DNA of 64,000 nt, taken from assembly GCF_057098645.1 (NCBI RefSeq), contig NZ_CM169472.1. One strand, 5' to 3'. Below, one piece after another: positions 55,885 through 64,000 of this stretch. Under the pieces are notes generated by a model. The model was not told where the DNA came from. It saw only the letters and a program-made list of their open reading frames with translations, and made no database searches. Every line of letters begins with the position of its first letter. The first letter of the stretch is position 1. The translations under genes and the position numbers were made by a program.

Positions 55885-56408
55885 TCGCTCTGTGTAAAAA
55901 GCAGTTCAATGGATTTGGTTGGGAAAAATAACGCATTTTCGTTTTCCCCGACCAACGGGATAAAGCCCAGCGATTTATAAAACGTATGGGCTTTTTCATT
56001 CAGCGCCTCTACAAAAAGACCGTGAATACCTACTGCTAAAGAGGCTGACCAGACGACTTTCATGGCATGAGCAACCAGTGTTGCTCCCCATCCCTGCCCC
56101 TGTATTGAATGATCAATTGCCAGACGCCCAAGAGTGACGCTGGGAATATTTTTGTAGGGAATTTTTTTCTGTTTCGATTTCGAGGGCAATGCGGCTCGTT
56201 CAAAACAACTGCCGCATAATGTGTAATATCCCAGCACCTGACGTTCTGGAGTGTTGCGACAAAGGATATACGCTCGCAGAATTTTGTTGCGATGTTGACG
56301 AACGAGATGTGTCGTCAGAAAGAGATTTAACGCTTCCTCGCCGCAGTCGAATCGCTGTAGATCATAATCTGCATCATCGGTCAGAATCTCTATCGTCAGA
56401 TCATCCAT
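55881..56408 (-). CDS. ataT: GNAT-family acetyltransferase toxin, AtaT-like
   Basis: 175 aa ORF with the TLGRLAID...GQGWG signature of tRNA-acetylating GNAT toxins; 6 nt downstream of its antitoxin; stop overlaps the convergent panZ stop by 4 nt. The symbol is a recollection, not a search result. Confidence 0.6.
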   Translation of the reverse strand: MDDLTIEILTDDADYDLQRFDCGEEALNLFLTTHLVRQHRNKILRAYILCRNTPERQVLGYYTLCGSCFERAALPSKSKQKKIPYKNIPSVTLGRLAIDHSIQGQGWGATLVAHAMKVVWSASLAVGIHGLFVEALNEKAHTFYKSLGFIPLVGENENALFFPTKSIELLFTQSD

Positions 56409-56414
56409 AAATTA

Positions 56415-56681
56415 TTACATTCCCTGAAGACGTTTTACCGCACGTTTTAGCTTTTCACCTGGTGACGGTGGATTACTCAGCGCATCCATCACCCGCGTCC
56501 AGGATTCCTCATTGAGGATCACCCGCCGATGCTGTTCAATCACTTCCGCAGCCCGCTGCGAAGCGCTGTTCAACATAAATTGGCTGACGGACTGATTAGA
56601 TATCGCTGCCGCTTCCTCAATCATACTTTTGTCATCGTCAGTTAAACGCAGATCGATACGCTGCTTTTTAACAGCAGACAT
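56415..56681 (-). CDS. ataR: DUF1778/RHH-type antitoxin, AtaR-like
   Basis: 88 aa ORF immediately upstream of the GNAT toxin in the same orientation. Confidence 0.6.
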   Translation of the reverse strand: MSAVKKQRIDLRLTDDDKSMIEEAAAISNQSVSQFMLNSASQRAAEVIEQHRRVILNEESWTRVMDALSNPPSPGEKLKRAVKRLQGM

Positions 56682-56830
56682 GTGAACTCTCCTGCTCCGT
56701 ATAATATGTACGGCACATCACCGTACAATAAGCATATCCTGGATTGTTTAATCTTTCTACAACCATTTCGACAAACATAAAAAAACCCGATGGACGTTAA
56801 GCGCATCGGGCATTTTCATTTATCTATCCG

Positions 56831-57934
56831 TTACTTCGCATCGGTCGCCGTGCCGTTGGCGTGCCAGTCAAACACACCGAACTCAAAGCCTTTCAGATCG
56901 CCTTTCTCATCCCAGGTCAGCGGTCCCATTACGGTATCCACGGAGTTCGCTTTCAGGTATTTGGCGATTTCAGCCGGATCGTCAGACTGATTCAGGCCCG
57001 CCTGCAAAGATTGCAGCGCGGCGTAGGTGGTCCAAACGAATGCGCCGCTTGGGTCCTGTTTTTTCGCTTTGATCGCATCAACAATGGGTTTGTTTGCCGG
57101 AACCTGATCGTAGTTCTTCGGCTTGGTCACCAGCAGCCCTTCCGCTGACTCGCCCGCAATGTTAGACAGCGAGACGTTAGCCACGCCTTCCGGCCCCATA
57201 AACTGAGTTTTCAACCCTGCCGCGCGTGCCTGACGCAGGATTTGCCCCATTTCCGGGTGATAACCGCCGTAGTAAACGAAGTCGATATTCTCTTTTTTCA
57301 GACGCGCCACCAGCGTTGAGAAATCTTTTTCCCCGGCGGTGATGCCATCAAAGAACACCACGTTAGCATTGCCTTTCTTCAGGCCGTCCTGCACCGCACG
57401 CGCCAGACCTTCGCCGTATTGCTGTTTGTCGTGAACGATAGCAATACGCTGCGGTTTCACTTTCTCAAGAATATATTTCGCCGCCGTCGGCCCCTGGTCG
57501 GAGTCCAGGCCGGTGGTGCGCAGGATCAGCTGATAGCCACGGGCGGTCAGCTCCGGCGCGGTTGCCGCTGGGGTGATCATTAAAATGCCTTCGTCTTCGT
57601 AGATGTCAGACGCAGGCTGCGTTGATGAAGAACAGAGGTGACCAATCACATATTTAATGCCGTCGTTAACGACTTTGTTCGCCACCGCAACCGCCTGTTT
57701 CGGGTCACAGGCATCGTCATATTTTACGATTTGCAGTTTGTTGCCTTTAATGCCGCCTTTAGCGTTGATATCCGCAACCGCCTGCTCTGCGCCGGTAAAC
57801 TCCTGGTCACCGTACTGCGCAACCGGACCGGACATTGCGCCCACGACCGCGACTTTAATATCTTCTGCCAGAGCCATATTGCTGAATGCCAGCGCGATAC
57901 ATCCTGCCAGTAACGCTTTACCCTTTATGTTCAT
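56831..57934 (-). CDS. livJ: Leu/Ile/Val periplasmic binding protein
   Basis: Start placed at [16 protein letters not shown] (367 aa) within the 386 aa ORF; paralogous to livK. Confidence 0.95.
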   Translation of the reverse strand: MNIKGKALLAGCIALAFSNMALAEDIKVAVVGAMSGPVAQYGDQEFTGAEQAVADINAKGGIKGNKLQIVKYDDACDPKQAVAVANKVVNDGIKYVIGHLCSSSTQPASDIYEDEGILMITPAATAPELTARGYQLILRTTGLDSDQGPTAAKYILEKVKPQRIAIVHDKQQYGEGLARAVQDGLKKGNANVVFFDGITAGEKDFSTLVARLKKENIDFVYYGGYHPEMGQILRQARAAGLKTQFMGPEGVANVSLSNIAGESAEGLLVTKPKNYDQVPANKPIVDAIKAKKQDPSGAFVWTTYAALQSLQAGLNQSDDPAEIAKYLKANSVDTVMGPLTWDEKGDLKGFEFGVFDWHANGTATDAK

Positions 57935-58204
57935 CCTGAGAATCCCCATTCTTCTGGTTATTACGTGTGTTGTGATGTTGTTGTTCAGCACTTTATTTCG
58001 TTTTATGCATGACTACCCGTGCTTTAGCAGCATACTCTGCTAAAACATACCCGATTTTTATGATATTGGAATAGCTATTTTGACAGTTTATTAACAATCT
58101 GCGTGGGGATTGGCGTTTTGCCGGAGGGGAAATTGATTATTGTAGAGGCCCAAAAAACAAAAACCCCGGACTCGCATCCAGGGTTCTCTGCTTTATAGCG
58201 GAAA

Positions 58205-59059
58205 TTACGCTTCTATAGCAGCGCGCAGTTTTTTCATCGCGTTCTTTTCCAGCTGGCGTACACGTTCAGCGGAAACACCGTAACGGTCAGCCAGTTCCTG
58301 CAACGTGGACTTGTTGTCTTCGTCCAGCCAGCGCGCGCGGATGATGTCCTGGCTGCGTTCGTCCAGCCCCTGCATCGCGTCGGTCAGACGGTTTGCTGCC
58401 TGCTCTTCCCAGTTATCATCTTCAATGCCGTCGGCAAAGTTAGATGATTTATCCTGCAGATAGAGCACCGGTGCCATCGGTTGGCTATCGGAATCGTCGT
58501 CGGAAGACAGGTCAAAGGTCATGTCCTGTGCCGCCATACGTGATTCCATCTCACGTACGTCTTTGCTGGTTACGCCCAGTTCACGGGCCACCATTTCGAC
58601 TTCATCCTGGTTAAACCAGCCCAGACGCTGCTTGGTTTTACGCAGGTTGAAGAACAGTTTGCGCTGCGCTTTGGTGGTCGCAACTTTGACGATACGCCAG
58701 TTACGCAGAACGTATTCGTGGATCTCTGCTTTGATCCAGTGAACGGCGAAGGAGACCAGGCGCACACCCACTTCCGGGTTGAAACGGCGCACTGCTTTCA
58801 TCAGGCCGATGTTACCTTCCTGAATCAAATCCGCCTGTGGCAGGCCATAGCCCGCATAATTACGAGCAATATGAACAACAAACCGCAGGTGAGACAGGAT
58901 CAGCGTTTTAGCTGCTTCCAGATCGCCATGGTAATGCAGCTTTTCAGCCAGCGCCCGCTCCTCGTCAGCCGACAACATCGGCCACGCGTTAGCTGCCCGG
59001 ATGTAGGAATCCAGGTTGCCAACTGGGGCTAAAGCTAAACTTTGCATTTTGTCAGTCAT
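58205..59059 (-). CDS. rpoH: RNA polymerase sigma-32 (heat-shock sigma factor)
   Basis: 284 aa ORF with sigma-70 family regions 2 and 4. Confidence 0.95.
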   Translation of the reverse strand: MTDKMQSLALAPVGNLDSYIRAANAWPMLSADEERALAEKLHYHGDLEAAKTLILSHLRFVVHIARNYAGYGLPQADLIQEGNIGLMKAVRRFNPEVGVRLVSFAVHWIKAEIHEYVLRNWRIVKVATTKAQRKLFFNLRKTKQRLGWFNQDEVEMVARELGVTSKDVREMESRMAAQDMTFDLSSDDDSDSQPMAPVLYLQDKSSNFADGIEDDNWEEQAANRLTDAMQGLDERSQDIIRARWLDEDNKSTLQELADRYGVSAERVRQLEKNAMKKLRAAIEA

Positions 59060-59303
59060 TCAAATCCTCTCAATCGATATCTTCTGGCGCTTCAGTGGTA
59101 GCAACAACTGTGCCAGAGCTTAAGAGCAACGAGGTTATCATTCACTGTTTTATCAGACCGTGATTTTATCCACAAGTTCAATGCAAGCTTGTGAATAAAT
59201 TACGCACAAAATGTGACATAGAGATGAAATACCGGGAAGAGACAACGGGGTCTCTCTCCCTGCTACGGAACCCATTGCAGGGAAAGAGTATAACACGCTT
59301 TTA

Positions 59304-60362
59304 TTATTCAGGCGTAAAGTGGCGTAAATGTTGTACAGTGGCAAGCCACGCTGCCACCCAGCCAATCATCGAGCATACCAGCAGCAATAGCAGGCATTCA
59401 TCGAACGATAAGCCATTGATATCAAACTTCGTTCCGAAAACCTGTGCCACTTCCGCAACCGCCGATGACAATCGCAGTACCAGAATTTCTGACAAAATTA
59501 GTGACAACAATGCGCCAGAAAACCCCAGCAATGCGCCACCGTACAGGAACGGGCGCAGGATGAAACCATCCGTTGCACCAATCAGTTTCTGCACGTTAAT
59601 GGAGTCACGACGAGCAAAGATACTCAGACGGACACTGTTACCGATGACGAGGAACACTGCCGCCACCATCAACACGCCGATCACCGCCGAAACGCGCCCG
59701 ACCAGCCCGGTCAACGCCGCCAGACGGGCAAACCAGCTGTCATCCATCCGCACTTCGTCAATGCCGTTAATCTGCGTGATACGATCACGCAGCGTATTGA
59801 GTGATTCCGTACCCTGGAAATCGAGTTTCGGGATCACCACCGCCACTGCCGGAAGCGGGTTTTCTTCCAGCATATCCAGCGCACCACCAAAACCAGACCA
59901 GTTACGGAACTCGCCCAGTGCGTCTTCACGAGAAAGATAGTTCACTTTCTCCACGCCTTGCTCGGCCTGCAACTGTGCCACCACGCCCGCAGCGGCGTCA
60001 TCGTCCAGCGTTTTTTGCAGATAAACAGTGATTTGCGGTGACGGATAATACTGCGTCGCCGCCTGGTTAACGTTTTTGTACACCATATAACAGACACTGG
60101 GCAGCGTCAGGGAGATGGCGATAACCATCACCGTTAAAAACGTGGCGAACGGTTTGCTTTTCAGATCCTGCAATGCGCCGTGGAAGGCATAGCGCACCTG
60201 TTCGTTGAAAACGTTGGTTTTGCGATTTACCGGTTTTGGCGAGGATTTCGCGCGTTTCGGTGCGTTACGACCGCCGTCGCCTGAGCCGCCGACCGATTTA
60301 CGGAAGCGATCAAGACGCCCGCCAAACTGCCGAATATGATTGATTGCATCGCGCTTATTCAT
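59304..60362 (-). CDS. ftsX: cell-division ABC transporter permease-like protein
   Basis: Start placed at [15 protein letters not shown] (352 aa) within the 361 aa ORF; overlaps the ftsE stop. Confidence 0.9.
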   Translation of the reverse strand: MNKRDAINHIRQFGGRLDRFRKSVGGSGDGGRNAPKRAKSSPKPVNRKTNVFNEQVRYAFHGALQDLKSKPFATFLTVMVIAISLTLPSVCYMVYKNVNQAATQYYPSPQITVYLQKTLDDDAAAGVVAQLQAEQGVEKVNYLSREDALGEFRNWSGFGGALDMLEENPLPAVAVVIPKLDFQGTESLNTLRDRITQINGIDEVRMDDSWFARLAALTGLVGRVSAVIGVLMVAAVFLVIGNSVRLSIFARRDSINVQKLIGATDGFILRPFLYGGALLGFSGALLSLILSEILVLRLSSAVAEVAQVFGTKFDINGLSFDECLLLLLVCSMIGWVAAWLATVQHLRHFTPE

Positions 60363-61023
60363 GGCCCACGCCTCCATGCAAGTGACCATCGCTCAGGGTG
60401 AGCATGCGATAGGAACGCCGTGAAATCAGGTTGATGTCGTGCGTTGCCATCAATACGGTTACCCCAACGCGGTTAAACTCTTCAAACAGACGTAGAATCC
60501 CTTCCGACAACGCGTCGTCCAGGTTACCAGTCGGTTCGTCCGCCAGCAGTACCGCGGGCTTATTCACCACCGCGCGGGCAATGCCAACACGCTGTTGTTC
60601 ACCGCCCGAAAGCTGAATAGGGAAGTTCTTCGCTTTGTCCAGTAGCCCGACTTTATCCAGTGCCGCCGACACCCGGCGACGAATATCGTCACCGCTGGCA
60701 CCGGCGATAATCAGCGGGATCGCCACGTTATCGTAGACAGTACGGTCCATCAGTAGATGGTGATCCTGGAAAATCATGCCAATCTGGCGGCGCAGAAACG
60801 GAACTTCACGGTTTTTCAGACGCGTGATGTCATGGCCGCTAAACCAGATTTTCCCGGCGCTGGGCCGCTCAATCCCACAGATCAGCTTCAGGAGGGTACT
60901 TTTCCCTGCGCCGGAATGACCGGTCAGAAACGCCATCTCACCCGGCTGCATATGGAACGTAACGCCCTGCAGCGCCTGTCTCCCACCGAGATAAGCCTTG
61001 CTGACATGTTCAAAGCGAATCAT
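60355..61023 (-). CDS. ftsE: cell-division ABC transporter ATPase
   Basis: 222 aa ORF; Walker [10 protein letters not shown]. Confidence 0.95.
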   Translation of the reverse strand: MIRFEHVSKAYLGGRQALQGVTFHMQPGEMAFLTGHSGAGKSTLLKLICGIERPSAGKIWFSGHDITRLKNREVPFLRRQIGMIFQDHHLLMDRTVYDNVAIPLIIAGASGDDIRRRVSAALDKVGLLDKAKNFPIQLSGGEQQRVGIARAVVNKPAVLLADEPTGNLDDALSEGILRLFEEFNRVGVTVLMATHDINLISRRSYRMLTLSDGHLHGGVGHE

Positions 61024-61025
61024 TG

Positions 61026-62522
61026 TTAATCCTCTCGGGCAAAAAGTGCCTCTATAAAGTCGTCCGCCTTAAACGGACGCAAATCCTCAATACGTTCGCC
61101 GACACCAATGTAGCGGATAGGGATACCAAACTGGTCAGCCACCGAGAAAATTACCCCGCCTTTCGCCGTGCCGTCCAGTTTCGTTAGCGTGATGCCGGTT
61201 AAGCCAACAGCTTCGTGGAACAGTTTGGCCTGGCTTACCGCGTTCTGCCCGGTGCTGGCATCAATAGTCAGCATAACTTCATGCGGCGCTTCAACGTCGA
61301 GTTTCTTCATCACGCGGACGATTTTCTTCAACTCTTCCATCAGATGCGATTTGTTCTGCAGACGTCCGGCGGTATCGGCAATCAGGACGTCGATATTACG
61401 CGCTTTAGCTGCCTGAATGGCGTCGAAGATAACAGAGGCGGAATCCGCACCGGTATGCTGGGCAATCACCGGAATATTGTTGCGCTGACCCCAGACCTGA
61501 AGCTGTTCAACCGCTGCTGCACGGAAAGTATCGCCCGCCGCCAGCATCACCGATTTACCCTGCTGCTCAAACTGACGTGCCAGCTTACCAATCGTCGTGG
61601 TTTTACCCACACCGTTGACGCCCACCATCAGGATCACGAACGGCGTTTTACCTTCAACATTCAGCGGCTCATCGACTTTCGCCAGAATCTCGCCCATCTC
61701 TTCTTTCAGCAGGCCATAGAGCGCCTCGGCATCACGAAGCTGCTTGCGGGATGCGCCTTCCGTCAGATTGGTGATAATTTTACGTGTAGTTTCCACGCCC
61801 ACATCGGCGATCAACAACTGTTCTTCCAGCTCTTCAAACAGATCATCGTCGATTTTTTTACCGCGGAACAGGCTGATAAATCCGGAACCGAGATTTTCTT
61901 TGGTTTTTAACAGGCTGCGTTTCAGGCGCGCGAAAAAACCTTCTTTGGTCGGTTTTTCCTGCTCCTGAGCGATTTCTTCCACCGGCTGCTCTTCTTCTGC
62001 CGGAGGAACCACCATCACCGCCTCTTCTGCCGCTTCGGCAGCCAGCGCCTGTGTTTCCAGCTCTTCGTCGGTAATTTCTTCTTTAGCCGCTTCTTCTTCC
62101 GCCGCTTCGACAATCTCTACGGTTTCCGCTTCAGCCTGCCACTCTTCTGGCGAAACCTCTTCGGCGTTGACGTCTTCCGGCAACGGCAGCTCTTCACGCT
62201 CGATAGCCACTGGCTCCGGCATTTCTTCTACGACCGGTTCCGGCTGTGCAACGACTTCCGCTTCAGGCTGCGCTTTTTCACTTTCAGCTACCTGTTCAGT
62301 GACTTCCACAACTTCGGCAGCAAAAGTTTCCGCCTCGGCTTCAGTATGCGCCTGCGGCTGCTCTTCAACGGCTTGTTCAGAAGCCTTCACAGGCTCTTGC
62401 GCCTGAACGATTTCTTCTACAACCGGTTGTTCATTCTGAACTTCTGTCTCTTTTTCCGGGGTCTGCTCTTTTTGACCAAAGCCCAGCCAGGAAAAAAAGC
62501 CACGTTTTTTTTCTTTCGCCAT
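61026..62522 (-). CDS. ftsY: signal recognition particle receptor
   Basis: 498 aa ORF with an acidic E/A/V-rich N-terminal domain and a C-terminal SRP GTPase domain. Confidence 0.95.
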   Translation of the reverse strand: MAKEKKRGFFSWLGFGQKEQTPEKETEVQNEQPVVEEIVQAQEPVKASEQAVEEQPQAHTEAEAETFAAEVVEVTEQVAESEKAQPEAEVVAQPEPVVEEMPEPVAIEREELPLPEDVNAEEVSPEEWQAEAETVEIVEAAEEEAAKEEITDEELETQALAAEAAEEAVMVVPPAEEEQPVEEIAQEQEKPTKEGFFARLKRSLLKTKENLGSGFISLFRGKKIDDDLFEELEEQLLIADVGVETTRKIITNLTEGASRKQLRDAEALYGLLKEEMGEILAKVDEPLNVEGKTPFVILMVGVNGVGKTTTIGKLARQFEQQGKSVMLAAGDTFRAAAVEQLQVWGQRNNIPVIAQHTGADSASVIFDAIQAAKARNIDVLIADTAGRLQNKSHLMEELKKIVRVMKKLDVEAPHEVMLTIDASTGQNAVSQAKLFHEAVGLTGITLTKLDGTAKGGVIFSVADQFGIPIRYIGVGERIEDLRPFKADDFIEALFARED

Positions 62523-62671
62523 TTGCGACTACACTCCTCGCTGTTGCTTCATGGCACAGCGTTAACGCTATGTACATAGCAGCTAAAAAAATGATGAAAT
62601 AGTCTATCACTTAACTTAATTCACATCACCGCCTGCAAGTATGTGTTATCTGGCGGATTGAGCAATTTATC

Positions 62672-63268
62672 ATGAAAAAACCGAATCATTCCGGCAGCGG
62701 CCAAATCCGCATTATTGGCGGGCAGTGGCGAGGCCGTAAACTACCGGTTCCTGATAGCCCAGGTCTGCGCCCCACCACCGACCGCGTACGCGAAACGTTG
62801 TTTAACTGGCTGGCTCCGGTCATTGTTGACGCCCAATGTCTGGATTGCTTCGCCGGGAGCGGCGCGCTGGGGCTGGAAGCGTTATCGCGCTATGCTGCGG
62901 GGGCCACGTTGATTGAGATGGATCGCGCGGTTTCTCAGCAGTTAATTAAGAATCTGGCGACACTAAAAGCAGGCAATGCACGCGTGGTGAACAGCAACGC
63001 GATGTCATTCCTGGCGCAAAAAGGCACACCGCATAATATCGTGTTTGTCGATCCACCGTTCCGCCGTGGCTTGTTAGAAGAGACGATAAATTTACTGGAA
63101 GATAACGGCTGGCTGGCTGACGAATCCCTGATTTATGTCGAAAGCGAAGTCGAAAACGGTCTGCCCACCGTTCCGGCAAACTGGTCATTGCATCGGGAAA
63201 AAGTGGCGGGTCAGGTGGCTTATCGGCTGTATCAACGCGAAGCACAAGGAGAAAGTGATGCTGATTAA
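62672..63268 (+). CDS. rsmD: 16S rRNA (guanine966-N2)-methyltransferase
   Basis: 198 aa ORF with a SAM-binding motif (DCFAGSGALGLEALSR) and DPPF catalytic motif. Confidence 0.9.
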   Translation: MKKPNHSGSGQIRIIGGQWRGRKLPVPDSPGLRPTTDRVRETLFNWLAPVIVDAQCLDCFAGSGALGLEALSRYAAGATLIEMDRAVSQQLIKNLATLKAGNARVVNSNAMSFLAQKGTPHNIVFVDPPFRRGLLEETINLLEDNGWLADESLIYVESEVENGLPTVPANWSLHREKVAGQVAYRLYQREAQGESDAD

Positions 63269-63527
63269 TATTGGACGTTTGTTAATGCTCTGCGTTTGGG
63301 GATTTTTAATCCTCAACCTGGTGCATCCCTTCCCGCGCCCGCTGAATATTTTCGTTAACGTGGCGCTGATTTTTACCGTGCTGATGCATGGTATGCAGCT
63401 GGCGCTATTGAAATCCACTTTACCGAAAGATGGCCCGCAGATGACCACCGCCGAAAAGGTGCGGATTTTCCTTTTCGGCGTGTTTGAACTGCTGGTCTGG
63501 CAGAAGAAATTTAAAGTTAAAAAATAA
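63255..63527 (+). CDS. yhhL: small DUF1145 membrane protein
   Basis: Start placed at MLINIGRLLMLCVWGF (about 90 aa), overlapping the rsmD stop, within a longer track ORF. Confidence 0.8.
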   Translation: MMLINIGRLLMLCVWGFLILNLVHPFPRPLNIFVNVALIFTVLMHGMQLALLKSTLPKDGPQMTTAEKVRIFLFGVFELLVWQKKFKVKK

Positions 63528-63529
63528 CC

Positions 63530-63889
63530 TTATTGTTCGCCAACAAAGCTAACAAAGCGCGTTCCTTTATAGCTCAGCGTACCTTTATCGCCCACTGTCA
63601 GGGCGTGGTACTGCTGGGCGTCGAGGCGAAACGTCTGCTCCATTCCTCCGCTTTGCGGTTTGAAGCTTGCCTCATAGCGCATACTGGTGCCTGCCGGAGT
63701 CACTTCCTGCTGACGCGAACGGCGATCGTTAATCGGTTTTTCCCGCTTGTTGCTCACCACCACCAGCTTTTGCTGGAGCGGTGCCATATCATTATCAGCT
63801 TTTTCCCGTCGCTGTTGCATAAAACGAAACGATGCGGCGACGATGATTAAGCCAATGATAACAATAAAGAAAAGAGGTGGTTTGCTCAT
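63530..63889 (-). CDS. yhhM: DUF2500 membrane-anchored protein
   Basis: 119 aa ORF with an N-terminal hydrophobic anchor (MSKPPLFFIVIIGLIIVAASF). Confidence 0.85.
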   Translation of the reverse strand: MSKPPLFFIVIIGLIIVAASFRFMQQRREKADNDMAPLQQKLVVVSNKREKPINDRRSRQQEVTPAGTSMRYEASFKPQSGGMEQTFRLDAQQYHALTVGDKGTLSYKGTRFVSFVGEQ

Positions 63890-64000
63890 CTTTATCCCTC
63901 ATCGGAAAATGCGGAATTAAGCATACCCTGCCAGTTATGGTGTTGTCATCCGTCCACCCTCGCCACTAAACTGGAAGCAAGACCGTAGGCATTCCGCCTA

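Noticed and set aside
59191-59940. 249 aa plus-strand ORF
   Set aside because: Antisense to ftsX and the rpoH-ftsX intergenic region, with a Ser/Arg/Thr-rich low-complexity translation.
61215-61910. 231 aa plus-strand ORF
   Set aside because: Antisense within ftsY; a shadow ORF.
61900-62400. Repetitive GAA/GCC-rich DNA that could be mistaken for a tandem repeat or CRISPR-like array
   Set aside because: It encodes the acidic, low-complexity N-terminal domain of FtsY (E/A/V/Q-rich); there are no regular repeat-spacer units.

Overview
This window is an Escherichia coli-type chromosomal segment with the conserved gene order malQ-malP / malT, rtcBA / rtcR, glpR-glpG-glpE / glpD, glgBXCAP, asd, yhgN, gntRKU, yhhW, yhhX, ryhB, yhhY, ggt, yhhA, ugpBAECQ, livKHMGF, panZ, livJ, rpoH, ftsYEX, rsmD, yhhL, yhhM. 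All identifications rest on reading the supplied six-frame translations and the DNA; no database search was run, and every comparison to E. coli K-12 is from memory. Accessory or unusual content sits on this backbone: (1) a compact four-gene minus-strand operon (16674-20289) of two polytopic membrane proteins and two Cys-containing soluble proteins, wedged between glpD and glgP, which is the best candidate for an undescribed system; (2) two divergent GNAT-toxin / DUF1778-type antitoxin modules, one between malT and rtcA and one between panZ and livJ; (3) an Hcp-fused HNH-nuclease toxin gene (yhhZ-like) inactivated three times (nonsense codon, frameshift, IS5 insertion) beside an intact putative immunity gene in a very AT-rich tract; (4) an in-frame amber codon truncating rtcR; (5) an unexpected membrane-anchored TPR-like ORF between ugpB and livF. 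No CRISPR array, rRNA or tRNA gene was seen.
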